From Burkholderiales bacterium (GTDB taxonomy: Bacteria > Pseudomonadota > Gammaproteobacteria > Burkholderiales > JACQAP01), in NCBI GenBank assembly GCA_045810225.1, contig JBJMWI010000138.1, positions 23-64,022 on the forward strand: 64,000 bases of DNA. The letters are read 5' to 3'. Position numbers and translations under genes: made by a program. The notes under the pieces were generated by a model, which made no database searches, was not told where the DNA came from, and saw only the letters and a list, made by a program, of their open reading frames with translations. Position 1 is the first letter of the stretch; each line of letters begins with the position of its first letter. Below are positions 18,292 through 27,964 of this stretch, in pieces.

Positions 18292-18819
18292 CTACACCCA
18301 GCCCATCGCCCCGACAAATGCCCCCGCACCGACCAACAGCAGCAAATGCATGCGCGTACGCCATACCAGCAATGCCGCCACGACGGTCGGGATGATGTGG
18401 TGCCAGCCTGGCGTCTGCGCACTCAGGATCCAGCCTGTCGAAAACAGCAATCCTATGACAATCGGCGCCATGCCGGCCTTGAACGCCTGCACCGCGCGCC
18501 ATTCGCGTCGCGCGTGGCCCCAGCGTGCTGCCGCCAATGCCAGCGTCGTGGAGGGCAACATGATCCCGAACAGCGTAGCCGCGACCCCGGCCAGACCAGC
18601 CGCCTGATAGCCCATTACCGCAACGAATAATACGTTTGGGCCCGGTGAGGCCTGGGCGATGGCAATCGACGCGTTGAATTGTGCATCGCTGAGCAAGCTC
18701 ATCTGGTCCACCATCACACGATGCATGTCGGGCGCCACCGTGATCGCGCCGCCGATCGATAGTAGCGACAACAATAGAAAATGCCCGAACAGCGTGAACA
18801 ATGCGCTGGAACTGATCAT
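18292..18819 (-). CDS. chrA: Chromate transporter (CHR family), short-chain C-terminal-type half
   Basis: The ORF is trimmed to MISSSALFTLFGHFLLLSLLSIGGAITVAPDM. It is a polytopic half-size CHR protein. Its ATG overlaps the upstream half's stop (ATGA at 18816-18819). Confidence 0.8.
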   Translation of the reverse strand: MISSSALFTLFGHFLLLSLLSIGGAITVAPDMHRVMVDQMSLLSDAQFNASIAIAQASPGPNVLFVAVMGYQAAGLAGVAATLFGIMLPSTTLALAAARWGHARREWRAVQAFKAGMAPIVIGLLFSTGWILSAQTPGWHHIIPTVVAALLVWRTRMHLLLLVGAGAFVGAMGWV

Positions 18820-19406
18820 GACCGCCCTTGCGCGGCGATGCGCGGCTTCAGCCGCTGCCATGCCAATGCAAATGCGCCCGCCCCGAGTGCGAGGATGACC
18901 CAGACCAACGGCCAGCGCAGCAACGCCACCGTCGCAAATGCGGCAACAAGGAGCGCTGCGCAAACCGGAGTCTGCATCGGATTGGTGCGCAGCGCGCCGA
19001 CCAGTTTAAAACCGGTGCCGATTATCAAGCCGGCGGCTACCGCGCCCATGCCGCGCAGCGCTCCAGCAACCGCAGTGTTCGAAGCGTATTGTGAATATAG
19101 CGCAGTGATCACTAGAACAATTACCAGGGGCACCGCCATCATGCCGGCCAGGGCGGCAAAGGCGCCGCGCCAGCCAAAAAAACGGTCGCCGATCATCAAG
19201 GCCACGTTGCATACGTTAGGACCCGGAAGAATTTGCGCAAGTGAAAGTATTTCGACGAACTGATCCCGGCTAAGCCACCGTTTTTGTTCACAGAGGACGC
19301 GCTGGGCTACGGCCAGCACACCGCCGAATCCTTGCAATGCAAGCAACGTAAAGGCGACGAACAACTCTTTTTTCGAAGCAGGTTGCGCAAGCGGATGGTC
19401 TGTCAT
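18816..19406 (-). CDS. chrA: Chromate transporter (CHR family), short-chain N-terminal-type half
   Basis: The ORF is trimmed to MTDHPLAQPASKKELFVAFTLLALQGFGGVLAVAQRVL, which carries the CHR-family GFGG motif. Confidence 0.8.
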   Translation of the reverse strand: MTDHPLAQPASKKELFVAFTLLALQGFGGVLAVAQRVLCEQKRWLSRDQFVEILSLAQILPGPNVCNVALMIGDRFFGWRGAFAALAGMMAVPLVIVLVITALYSQYASNTAVAGALRGMGAVAAGLIIGTGFKLVGALRTNPMQTPVCAALLVAAFATVALLRWPLVWVILALGAGAFALAWQRLKPRIAAQGRS

Positions 19407-19578
19407 TGCGGTCGTCGGCGTAAAGGATCTGGCAAGCAAAACTCGATGATACCGGGAACACGATTCCGGCCACTTCAGCGCAAAGCGCCATAGTTGGCGC
19501 AAGGTCTGGGCGGCGTCCAGGACAGGCTGCACCTGCCAAAACGGCTATACCGGCTCGATTCGCCGTTGTGGCAGAAGG

Positions 19579-21945
19579 TTATTTTCGAGCTGCGTTCGCT
19601 TTGCCGGCCGTCGCGATCTTGGTCGCCGCGGGCCTCGCGTCGAACGCGGGCGCGGGAACAGCGCCATCTCGAGTCATGGTCTTGTAGAGCAGCATGACGA
19701 CTTCATTGGCTGGAATCGGCTTGCTGAAGTAAAAACCCTGGATCTGGTCGCAACCGCGCGACTGCAAAAATTCATACTGCTCCCTGGTTTCGACGCCTTC
19801 GGCCACTACTTCCAGTTGCAGACTGTGCGCCATCGCAATGATGGCCTCCACGATGGCTTCATCATCCTTGCTTTCTGGAATGCCTCGCACAAAAGACTGG
19901 TCGATCTTCACGCTGTCGAATGGAAAGCGCTTCAGGTAGGCCAGTGAGGAGTAGCCGGTTCCGAAGTCGTCCATCGTCAGGTGAAGGCCCAACGATTTGA
20001 GTTCGTTCAAGACCTTCTCCGCATGCTCCTGGTTGCTCATGACTGCGCTTTCGGTAATCTCGAGTTCCAGGGACTGCACCGACAATCCGGTGTTGCCGAG
20101 CGTATCGGCAATGAATGCGACCAAACCTTTGTCGGACATCTGTCGCGCGGAAATATTGATTGCGATGCGCAGTTGCGGCAAACCCGCCTTTTGCCACGCG
20201 CCGTTTTGGACGCACGCCGTCTGCGCTACCCAGCGACCTAGCGGGACGATGAGTCCAGTCTCTTCCGCAATCGAAATGAAGTCATTCGGGGGTACGAATC
20301 CCAAGTGCGGACTGCTCCAGCGGATCAGCGCTTCCAGTCCGACGATGCTTCCCGTCGCAAGGTCAACCTTGGGCTGGTAGTGCAGGACGAATTCCCGGTT
20401 ACTCAACGCACTGGTCAAATTGGATTCGAATTCCAGGCGCTGCACAGAATGGGTGTTGAGCTGCTCGGAATAAAACTGGAAGGTGCCTCTGCCCTCTTCC
20501 TTGGCTCGATACATTGCAATGTCGGCGTTCTTCAGCAGCGCCGGGGCATCGCGTCCGTCGGTCGGATAGGTACTGATGCCGATACTGGCTGCTGGACGAT
20601 ATTGCCGTCCGGCAAGGATCATCGGTTTGGCGAGCACTTCCAGAATCTTGCGGGCCACTGTCCCTGCCTGGTCTTCAGCGGTCAGGCCTTCAGTGAGGAC
20701 GGCAAACTCGTCTCCGCCGAAACGCGCCACGATATCCACTTTGCGCACACAAGCGGTCAGCCGCTCTGCCACTGCGCGCAATACCTCGTCACCGGCATCA
20801 TGACCGAGGCTGTCGTTGATGTTCTTGAAACGGTCCAGGTCAAAAAACAGGATCGATAGCATCTTGCCGCTGCGCGCTGCGCGCTGCAGCGCATTGTTTA
20901 AAGAATGGCGAAACAAACTGCGGTTTGGCAATCCTGTCAATTCGTCGTGATCAGCAAGGAACCGTGTGCGCTCTTCCTGCTCTTTGCGCTCGGTGATGTC
21001 CTGCAGGACGGCGCTCAATCTTCGCGCGCTTCCATCAGCCCGGGTTATGTAGCCGCGCGCGAATGCATGCGTGATTTTTTCGTCGCCGCGCAAAAGCCGA
21101 AACTCGTCGCACCAATGGCTGGCATCGGACTTTATCGCTGCGAGCAATTTTTCCTGTACCCGGGCACGATCGTCCGCATGAATGTGCTCGAACCACGCTG
21201 CCATGGTGGGCGCGGGATGTTCCTGACCGAAGACCTTTACATAATTTTCGCTTTGCCATAACGCATCGTTGGCCAAATTCCAGTCGATTAGCGCGTCGTT
21301 GGTTGCCTTGGAAGCCAAGCCATAGCGCTCGAGATCTTGCCACATCACATCCTGCGCGCGGTTACGACGGGTAACATCCCGAGCCATGACTGCGCGCGCT
21401 GGGCGCCGACGGAACTGCATTCGGAACGTGACCAATTCGGCCTGGAGCTCCGCGCCGGTTTTCGTTCGGTGCGTCCACGTGCCGACTTCACCAGAATTCG
21501 ATCCCAGGCCGTTCAGTGCTTCCATTACCAAGTCTTCATCTTGCGGCATGCCCAACTCGAAAAGCGTCATTTTGAGTAATTCTTTTTTCGTATACCCGTA
21601 GTCGCGCATCGCAGCGTCATTAACCTCGAGCAAACGGTTGCGACGCGTGTCGCAGATAAACGTGGGAATGGGGCTGCTTTGAAACAGCGTCTGGTATTGC
21701 AGTTCCCCCTCCTGGCGCCTTTCGCCACGGGAGGGCGTTGGGCCGTCCGCGGCCTGGACCTGCCGAGCATGCGATTTGCGAAACATTACGGGCAACAAAA
21801 AACCGACCAGCAGAACAGCGACCACGCTGGCCAGCATCACGCCGAGTGGGTGTTCAGCCAGCAGAAACCGAAGGCGCTCCAGAAAGGTATGGATGTGTCC
21901 CGGTACGCTGTGCAGTATCGGTTCAATTTCCCGCGGCGAAGCCAC
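19579..21945 (-). CDS. Membrane-anchored PAS-PAS-GGDEF-EAL c-di-GMP turnover protein
   Basis: 788 aa with an N-terminal TM helix. The GGDEF domain has RFGGDEFAVL. The EAL domain has EALIRW, DDFGTGYSSL and QGFYFSKP. Confidence 0.9.
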   Translation of the reverse strand: MASPREIEPILHSVPGHIHTFLERLRFLLAEHPLGVMLASVVAVLLVGFLLPVMFRKSHARQVQAADGPTPSRGERRQEGELQYQTLFQSSPIPTFICDTRRNRLLEVNDAAMRDYGYTKKELLKMTLFELGMPQDEDLVMEALNGLGSNSGEVGTWTHRTKTGAELQAELVTFRMQFRRRPARAVMARDVTRRNRAQDVMWQDLERYGLASKATNDALIDWNLANDALWQSENYVKVFGQEHPAPTMAAWFEHIHADDRARVQEKLLAAIKSDASHWCDEFRLLRGDEKITHAFARGYITRADGSARRLSAVLQDITERKEQEERTRFLADHDELTGLPNRSLFRHSLNNALQRAARSGKMLSILFFDLDRFKNINDSLGHDAGDEVLRAVAERLTACVRKVDIVARFGGDEFAVLTEGLTAEDQAGTVARKILEVLAKPMILAGRQYRPAASIGISTYPTDGRDAPALLKNADIAMYRAKEEGRGTFQFYSEQLNTHSVQRLEFESNLTSALSNREFVLHYQPKVDLATGSIVGLEALIRWSSPHLGFVPPNDFISIAEETGLIVPLGRWVAQTACVQNGAWQKAGLPQLRIAINISARQMSDKGLVAFIADTLGNTGLSVQSLELEITESAVMSNQEHAEKVLNELKSLGLHLTMDDFGTGYSSLAYLKRFPFDSVKIDQSFVRGIPESKDDEAIVEAIIAMAHSLQLEVVAEGVETREQYEFLQSRGCDQIQGFYFSKPIPANEVVMLLYKTMTRDGAVPAPAFDARPAATKIATAGKANAARK

Positions 21946-22136
21946 TGATTCGCGCTCCCGAATGAGTCCGGCCCGGCTGCCTAATTTACTCTATAAACTT
22001 GGGCCTCGACGCAGAAAATTCGCGCCGATGGCTTGTCACTATGTGTTGCGCACTCGCCGGCACGTGACGCGCGGAAACTTTATGCTCGAAGTGCAAACTA
22101 ATATGCTCAGCGATTCATTCTCATCAGGGCCAAATC

Positions 22137-22451
22137 ATGTTCGTAAAATTCGATAGCGAAGCTGGGACTTTCACTATGAATATGGACATCGCCGTACAGC
22201 TTCTGAAGGCGATGGGCCATAGTGGCACCGTGCCCAGTGCAATCCTTCCTGCCGATATTCCGAGCGCGCTTGCCCGGTTGAAGTCAGCTGTCGAGGCGGA
22301 TACGAAAAAATCCCGTCCGGCAATGGACGACGAAGAAGAAGATCAACTGGAGGTGCCGGTGTCGCTACGGCAGCGGGCCTTCCCGTTGATCGATCTGCTG
22401 ACGCGCGCCGCGGACAAACGCGCGGAAGTGATGTGGACGCGGCAAACCTAG
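22137..22451 (+). CDS. DUF1840-like small protein
   Basis: 104 aa. The N-terminus MFVKFDSEAGTFTMNMDIAVQLLKAMGHSG resembles DUF1840 family members. The call is from memory. Confidence 0.55.
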   Translation: MFVKFDSEAGTFTMNMDIAVQLLKAMGHSGTVPSAILPADIPSALARLKSAVEADTKKSRPAMDDEEEDQLEVPVSLRQRAFPLIDLLTRAADKRAEVMWTRQT

Positions 22452-22464
22452 AAAGCGCAAACGA

Positions 22465-23040
22465 TCAACGAGCGGACCCGATGCCGAAAGTTTGCTCCTC
22501 TACCGGCGCGGGACGCAATGCTGCCTGATACAGCGTTGTCCATTGCGCTATTGGAACCTTTTCGCAGGCATTCACCAGATCGACCGCGGAAGCCATGAAG
22601 CAGACATCAAGGCGGCCGCCCAATCTTTGCGCTAATTCGTTTTTGAATGTTTCATCAAAGTCACCATAAAGCAGGCTGACATGCGGCTCGAAGGGACCCG
22701 ACGGCAGCCGCCCAAACGCCTCGTGCGCTGCCACGCGGGCCGCGATGAGTTCATCACTCGGTTCAACGCGGATAAACAGGGAACGATAATATTCATCGCG
22801 CCATTCGATCTTGCCCAGTCGGATTTCGAAACCCGTGATTCTGGAAGCGAGTCTCTGAAAAGTCGATGCAGTGTCTGGCGTCAGTTCAATGCCCCCCATC
22901 AGGGAAACATGCGGCTGTACGGGCGGGCCACCGGCGCTCTGGTGCGCAAGGCGGACCACACGTTCAATTGCATCCAGCGCAGTTCCGGTAGGACGTATCC
23001 AAACTGAACCGAGTATTCCGGCGTGATCAGGATTCATCAT
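22465..23040 (-). CDS. 2H phosphoesterase superfamily protein (cyclic phosphodiesterase / LigT-like)
   Basis: 191 aa with two HxS/T motifs: QPHVSLMGG and EPHVSLLYG. Confidence 0.7.
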   Translation of the reverse strand: MMNPDHAGILGSVWIRPTGTALDAIERVVRLAHQSAGGPPVQPHVSLMGGIELTPDTASTFQRLASRITGFEIRLGKIEWRDEYYRSLFIRVEPSDELIAARVAAHEAFGRLPSGPFEPHVSLLYGDFDETFKNELAQRLGGRLDVCFMASAVDLVNACEKVPIAQWTTLYQAALRPAPVEEQTFGIGSAR

Positions 23041-23160
23041 GTTCTGTCCTGTACAAGAAAAGAGGAACCGCTTGGACAGATCGGGACCGCTTTAAATCCG
23101 TAGTCACGCGCGGCGCGCACCCACGGTAGTCCAAGCGGACTGTCAAGCCATCCATTAGCG

Positions 23161-24147
23161 TCAGCTTTTACTGGCCTCTTTCTCCGCTTCCACCTCCAGT
23201 TTTTTGTAGTCGCGGGGCGGCTCATGCAAGGCCTGACGACGGCTTTTCTCCAGGCCTTTCACCACTGCAACCACAGCTTCGTTGTAAGGCACGGCAATGC
23301 CAAGCGACTTGGCTTCCCGTACGAGCGCGCCGTTCAAAGCATCTATCTCGGTACGGCGGCCCTGTTCGATGTGCTGCATCATCGATGGCTTGTTGTAGCG
23401 CACGCGGCAGTGATCCTTGATCTTCTGACGCGGATTTTTTTCCGGAAGCTTAAGCTGCTTGCGCTCGACCACGGCCATGATTTCGTCTATCACCCGGTCC
23501 TGCAGGGCACTGACTTCCGGCGTACGGTAGATTTCCCCACTGCGCAGGCCGGTAATCGCGGTCAGCGCGTTGATGCCGCAGTTCAGCACGAACTTTCCCC
23601 AGATCCAGTTCATTGGATCTGGAATGATCTCGGTGGGAATTTCCGCCTTGTTCAGCATGTCCGCGACCTGCTTTACGCGTTGCGTGCTGCTGCCATCGAG
23701 CTCGCCGATGGACGTCATGCCCACATTGGTATAAGCGGAGCGACCGCTTGCCGGGTTGGCGGCACTGTTCATGGAGACGCCTGCTATGACGCGTTGCTTG
23801 CCGAGCTCCGCAACCAGCGCTTCCACATTGCCAATGCCATTCTGCAGCGTAAGCGCGAATCCGTCCGGCTTGAGCAACTGTCTTGCGAGCCTTGCTGCCT
23901 CGCGAGTCGCGTTGGCATCGGTGAATATGATTGCAAGATCGGCCGGCGCAAGCCCGGCTCCGTCGCGCTGCGCCGCGACCCGGATGACGTGGGTTCCACG
24001 CATTCCTTCGAGGGTCAAGCCTTCAGTTTTTATTTTGCCGATGTGGTCTTCTCGCGGATCGATCAGCGTCACATCGTACCCGGCGCGCGCCAGCAGCCCT
24101 CCATAGAGCCCACCCATTGCTCCCGACCCGATCATGTAAATTCGCAT
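23161..24147 (-). CDS. 2-dehydropantoate 2-reductase family (ApbA/PanE) oxidoreductase
   Basis: The ORF is trimmed to MRIYMIGSGAMGGLYGGLLARAGYDVTLI (Rossmann GxGxxG). A strong SD (GGAGGA) lies 3 nt upstream of this ATG. Confidence 0.8.
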   Translation of the reverse strand: MRIYMIGSGAMGGLYGGLLARAGYDVTLIDPREDHIGKIKTEGLTLEGMRGTHVIRVAAQRDGAGLAPADLAIIFTDANATREAARLARQLLKPDGFALTLQNGIGNVEALVAELGKQRVIAGVSMNSAANPASGRSAYTNVGMTSIGELDGSSTQRVKQVADMLNKAEIPTEIIPDPMNWIWGKFVLNCGINALTAITGLRSGEIYRTPEVSALQDRVIDEIMAVVERKQLKLPEKNPRQKIKDHCRVRYNKPSMMQHIEQGRRTEIDALNGALVREAKSLGIAVPYNEAVVAVVKGLEKSRRQALHEPPRDYKKLEVEAEKEASKS

Positions 24148-24209
24148 GGCTCCTCCGATTTTTATCAGTCGTTCTATACTTTGCCTCAAGCTTATCGCAA
24201 TTCGATCTC

Positions 24210-25193
24210 ATGCCCACATTGCCCACGTTCCAGAACATTCGCACCAACGGCGTGAACTTGCGCTGTGTGGTTGACGGACATGGACCGTTGGTGCTCATGA
24301 TTCATGGCTGGCCAGAATCCTGGTATTCATGGCGACACCAGATCGGACCGGTACGCGATGCCGGTTACCGCGTGGTGGTGCCAGATGTTCGCGGGTATGG
24401 CGGAAGCGATGCACCCGTGGCGATCGAAACTTATGACATGGAAAACATGATTGCGGATGTCCTTGGACTCATCGATCATTTCTCCGAGCACCAGGCGATT
24501 CTGTTTGGTCACGACTGGGGTGCGCCGGTGGTCTGGAATACGACTGCCCTGCATGCGGATCGCGTTCGCGCCGTCGCCGCGCTCTCGGTCCCTTATGCGC
24601 CCCGCGGTAAAGTTTCATCAATCGATCTCTGGAAACAGATTTACGCCGGGCGATTCTTCTACCAATTGTATTTCCAGCAGCCCGGCGTCGCGGAGGCAGA
24701 ATTCGAAGCGGACGTGCGAGCTTCATTGCGTAAAATTTATTACGCCGGTTCTGGGGATTCGCCCAAGGGGATGTTCCGTGCCGACAAACGTCCTGATGCA
24801 AACATGCTGGGTGACCTCCCCGATCCGGCAGCGTTGCCCGACTGGCTCACCGAAAAGGACCTGGACTACTACGCCGCGGAATTTCGAAAAAACGGATTTC
24901 GCGGTCCGCTAAACCGCTATCGCAACCAGCAGCGCGATTGGGAGCGACTGACTGCACTCAACGCCGCGCGCATTACAAGGCCCGCATGCTTTATCGCGGG
25001 CCGGCGCGACGGCGTCCTGAAATTCGTTCCGAATTTCGATATGGTGGAAAACATGAAGCGCTGGACGGACGATCTTCGCATTTGCGAAATCCTCGAGGGC
25101 GCCGGGCATTGGATTCAGCAGGAACGGCCGGCCGAGGTCACGAGACTATTGCTCTCCTTTCTTGACGGGTTAAAAACGAGCACCGAGCAATGA
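24210..25193 (+). CDS. Alpha/beta hydrolase, epoxide-hydrolase-like
   Basis: The ORF is trimmed to MPTLPTFQNIRTNGV. It has the oxyanion motif HGWPESWYSWRHQ and the nucleophile elbow GHDWGA. Confidence 0.85.
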   Translation: MPTLPTFQNIRTNGVNLRCVVDGHGPLVLMIHGWPESWYSWRHQIGPVRDAGYRVVVPDVRGYGGSDAPVAIETYDMENMIADVLGLIDHFSEHQAILFGHDWGAPVVWNTTALHADRVRAVAALSVPYAPRGKVSSIDLWKQIYAGRFFYQLYFQQPGVAEAEFEADVRASLRKIYYAGSGDSPKGMFRADKRPDANMLGDLPDPAALPDWLTEKDLDYYAAEFRKNGFRGPLNRYRNQQRDWERLTALNAARITRPACFIAGRRDGVLKFVPNFDMVENMKRWTDDLRICEILEGAGHWIQQERPAEVTRLLLSFLDGLKTSTEQ

Positions 25194-25242
25194 GGGTGAG
25201 TAAAGGCGAAAATCGCTACAATGCGCACCTGCGAATTAATCG

Positions 25243-25596
25243 GTGGATTCCATGGCATCACACAAAACTGCAAGCGGGTTGGAGATTGAGGAATTGGTCA
25301 TCGGTGAGGGCAACGTTGCAGCCTCCGGCCAGAATGTCACCGTGCATTACACGGGCTGGCTTACTGACGGCAGCAAATTCGACTCCAGCAAGGACCGCAA
25401 CGATCCATTCAAATTCGGCCTCGGTCAAGGCCAGGTCATCCGCGGATGGGACGAGGGAGTGCAGGGTATGAAAGTCGGCGGTAAACGCAAACTGACCATT
25501 CCGCCCGAGCTTGGTTATGGTGCGCGCGGTGCCGGTGGTGTGATCCCGCCAAACGCTACTCTGGTGTTCGAGGTCGAATTGCTGGGCGTAAAGTAA
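25243..25596 (+). CDS. FKBP-type peptidyl-prolyl cis-trans isomerase
   Basis: 117 aa containing [16 protein letters not shown] and [31 protein letters not shown]. Confidence 0.9.
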   Translation: MDSMASHKTASGLEIEELVIGEGNVAASGQNVTVHYTGWLTDGSKFDSSKDRNDPFKFGLGQGQVIRGWDEGVQGMKVGGKRKLTIPPELGYGARGAGGVIPPNATLVFEVELLGVK

Positions 25597-25627
25597 CCGC
25601 GCGCGGCGAACCCCTGCCTAATTCCGT

Positions 25628-26938
25628 TCAAGCGGTCGCAAGCCGGTCTCGCACGCTTTGCCTAACCAGATTTACATTCTGCCGGAACGCATAAAGATTA
25701 TCCGTGTAAGCGAGCGGCGTATTAATACGGTTGACCGCTCGTTCAATCTCATTTAGCCGTACCAGCAGCGCCTTCAATCCTTCCGGAGTGGACTGGTCGT
25801 CCAGCTCCAATTCCAGCTCCTTGAGCTTTGCATACCAGCGGTAAATGCGAGAGCGTACGCGCCAGCGGTAGAGCGCAGGAATGATACGGCCAAGCGGGAT
25901 CAGTAACGCAAGCAACGGCAGCAATGTAAGCCACAGGCGGTCGACCATAACGGCAGCCCAATAGGGCAGATAGCGCTGCAGAAACGGAGGTCCCGACTTG
26001 TAGTAGCGCTGCGCTTCGGAGCTGAGTGGAAACTCGGAATTCAATGGAGCCGGAAATTCGCCCGCTTTTCGCAACAAACCCGCGCTTCCATGGACTTCGC
26101 TGGCGGCGCGCATCAGCAAATACGCCAAAGCCGGATGCAGGCTATCCACAGCGAGCAAGGTGGCGGTGGATGACAGAAGGGTGACGTCGTGAGCGGGCAC
26201 GTTGTTCACAAAATCAAAAACGCCTTGCGGCAGAATCAGTTTGGTCAGGGACGGAAAGCGGCGCGTGTACGCTTCAGCGCGATCCAGGTTCAGAAGCCTT
26301 ATCCCGGGTGCCAGAGATAGCTGCTCCACCAGCGGCGATTCCGGGGGACCCACGATGAAAACCGCATCGAGCTTCCCCCGCAGCAACAGTTCATTTGCCT
26401 GCTTGCCGTCATCCGACAAAAGCATCGTGGGCGGCATCACCGCTGCGTTCACCGCAAGCAACTGCAGCGCCAGCGCGCGAGTACCGCTGGCTTCGGGACC
26501 GATCGCGAGCTTCTTGCCGCGCAATCCACCGAAGTCATGTACTTCGGGGCCGCGATAAAAAACCCACAAAGGCTCGTAATAAACACTGCCAAGAGAAACC
26601 AGTTCCGGCGCATTTGCGGCGTAAGCCGAGCCGCCTTGCAAAAAACCGACTTCAACGTCGGATTGTTCATCGAGCAGCCGGCTGATGTTCTCCTGTGAAC
26701 CAGCCGAGGGACGCAATTCGACGTTCACCTCATCACGTGCCAGGATTTCACGATAGCGCAAGGCGAACATGTGATAACCGCTGTCCTCCGGGCCGGTCGA
26801 TAGCACGATTGAATCCGGCGGAGCCGGTTCCAGAAAATGCAACGCCAGCGCAAATACGGCCAGTGCCAGCACCAAAATGGGAATGACAGTCAGCCAGAGA
26901 TCACGGCGGCTTAGGTCGCGGAATTTCGCTTCAAGCAT
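25628..26938 (-). CDS. Membrane-anchored TAXI-like (TRAP solute-receptor-like) binding protein with a C-terminal TM helix and cytoplasmic helical tail
   Basis: 436 aa. An N-terminal TM helix is followed by a periplasmic segment with TAXI/NMT1-like blocks (IVLSTGPEDSGYH, LAIGPEASGTRALALQLL). A second TM helix (LWLTLLPLLALLIPL) is then followed by RIYRWYAKLKELELELD. It is a paralog of 56094-57434. Confidence 0.7.
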   Translation of the reverse strand: MLEAKFRDLSRRDLWLTVIPILVLALAVFALALHFLEPAPPDSIVLSTGPEDSGYHMFALRYREILARDEVNVELRPSAGSQENISRLLDEQSDVEVGFLQGGSAYAANAPELVSLGSVYYEPLWVFYRGPEVHDFGGLRGKKLAIGPEASGTRALALQLLAVNAAVMPPTMLLSDDGKQANELLLRGKLDAVFIVGPPESPLVEQLSLAPGIRLLNLDRAEAYTRRFPSLTKLILPQGVFDFVNNVPAHDVTLLSSTATLLAVDSLHPALAYLLMRAASEVHGSAGLLRKAGEFPAPLNSEFPLSSEAQRYYKSGPPFLQRYLPYWAAVMVDRLWLTLLPLLALLIPLGRIIPALYRWRVRSRIYRWYAKLKELELELDDQSTPEGLKALLVRLNEIERAVNRINTPLAYTDNLYAFRQNVNLVRQSVRDRLATA

Positions 26939-27181
26939 TATTGATCAGCAACAGCAGACGCAACGCCCATCAAAGCTCAATGGAGGGCAAGATTGTGTGC
27001 GGGAGGACATCGCAAAGTCTACACGCCGCACGAGCCCGCGTGCCGATCTTCCGATAGTCAGATCAAAAATGATGTCAGGCGCTGGGCGGCAGATGGGTGC
27101 GCAATGCCGGACTGCGGGCTATCGCGCTCAGGGGCAATATCCGGGAATCATGTTGGGCCGGTAAGCGCATCACGCCTGCCG

Positions 27182-27742
27182 CTAACCGGTCCCGCGCCGA
27201 TCATTCTCTTCATCGATCTCTTCAACCAGGCCCTGAAAGCGTTCGATGACCCGCTCGACAATCCATTCCGGTTCCTGCGCCCAGAAGTTCACGACTGAGG
27301 AATCGTCCCCGGAAGCCGTATCGGTGCCCGTCACGGTGACATCCTCTTCCTCCTGCAAGATGTAGCTCAGCGCTGCCATGACTTGTGGATAATGAATTGA
27401 GACCGCATCTCCGGCCGTGGCGCCATCATCCATTTCGCTGCGGATGAGCGTTGCCACCTGTTCCAGCACCGGCCCTGCGCCCGCAGCCTTGAGTGCATCG
27501 GGATCGCTGGCCACCAGGCGCTCTAGCAAGTCCAGGATAACCCGTTCGTGAGCAAAAACCGCTCCGGCCACAAATTCGGCATAGGTCAGGTCGATGGAAG
27601 CCACCAGATGGTCACATTCACCAGCCAGCATCTCGCAAATCGGACAGCGGCCGCCCGCGACGCCTTCCTCTTCCTCGTCCTCTTCATCGTCCTTGGCCGG
27701 ATCGTCCAGGAATTCATCTTCAGGATTACGTGGGATCGGCAT
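27182..27742 (-). CDS. Highly acidic hypothetical protein with a CPIC-x6-CDH motif
   Basis: 186 aa with a good SD (GGGAG). By my count it has 46 Asp/Glu versus about 11 Lys/Arg. The N-terminus has the acidic tract DDPAKDDEEDEEEEG. I recognise no family. Confidence 0.6.
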   Translation of the reverse strand: MPIPRNPEDEFLDDPAKDDEEDEEEEGVAGGRCPICEMLAGECDHLVASIDLTYAEFVAGAVFAHERVILDLLERLVASDPDALKAAGAGPVLEQVATLIRSEMDDGATAGDAVSIHYPQVMAALSYILQEEEDVTVTGTDTASGDDSSVVNFWAQEPEWIVERVIERFQGLVEEIDEENDRRGTG

Positions 27743-27964
27743 AGTCGTACTCCCTGTTAAAAAACCGGTTCAAGACCGATAAAACTTGCGGCATCTGCCA
27801 GCGGCGCCGGCAATGGCGGCGTTGTCTATCGGCAGCGGCTCGCGTACCGGTTCTGCATCGTCAGTCGTCAGCGGCCTGGCCGGCGCATTATCGTGCCGCG
27901 GATCCTTAGGCGGCAATTCGGGTCCCGGGATGGGCATAATAATCTGCAGACCAGCCGGTGGCGT

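Noticed and set aside
23037-23225. A 62-aa minus-strand ORF bridging the 2H phosphoesterase start and the 3' end of the panE-family gene.
   Set aside because: It overlaps both neighbours, it has a basic low-complexity sequence, and it has no RBS.
23224-24255. Long ORFs antisense to real genes. Examples are 23224-24255 (343 aa, opposite the panE-family gene), 10575-11486, 30839-31654, 35807-36601, 59441-60739, 59925-60992, 50776-51756 and 62552-63304.
   Set aside because: These are typical high-GC shadow ORFs. Their translations are Arg/Ala/Gly/His-rich with no motifs. Each lies fully inside a gene on the other strand that has clear family signatures.
27770-27937. A 55-codon ORF on the minus strand between the GIY-YIG and acidic-protein genes (MPIPGPELPPKDPRHDNA...). 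It shares the MPIP start with the downstream acidic protein.
   Set aside because: It has no recognisable SD, it is below the ORF-track threshold, and the similarity to the next gene is limited to about four residues. The third-position GC (about 69%) is compatible with coding but is not decisive.
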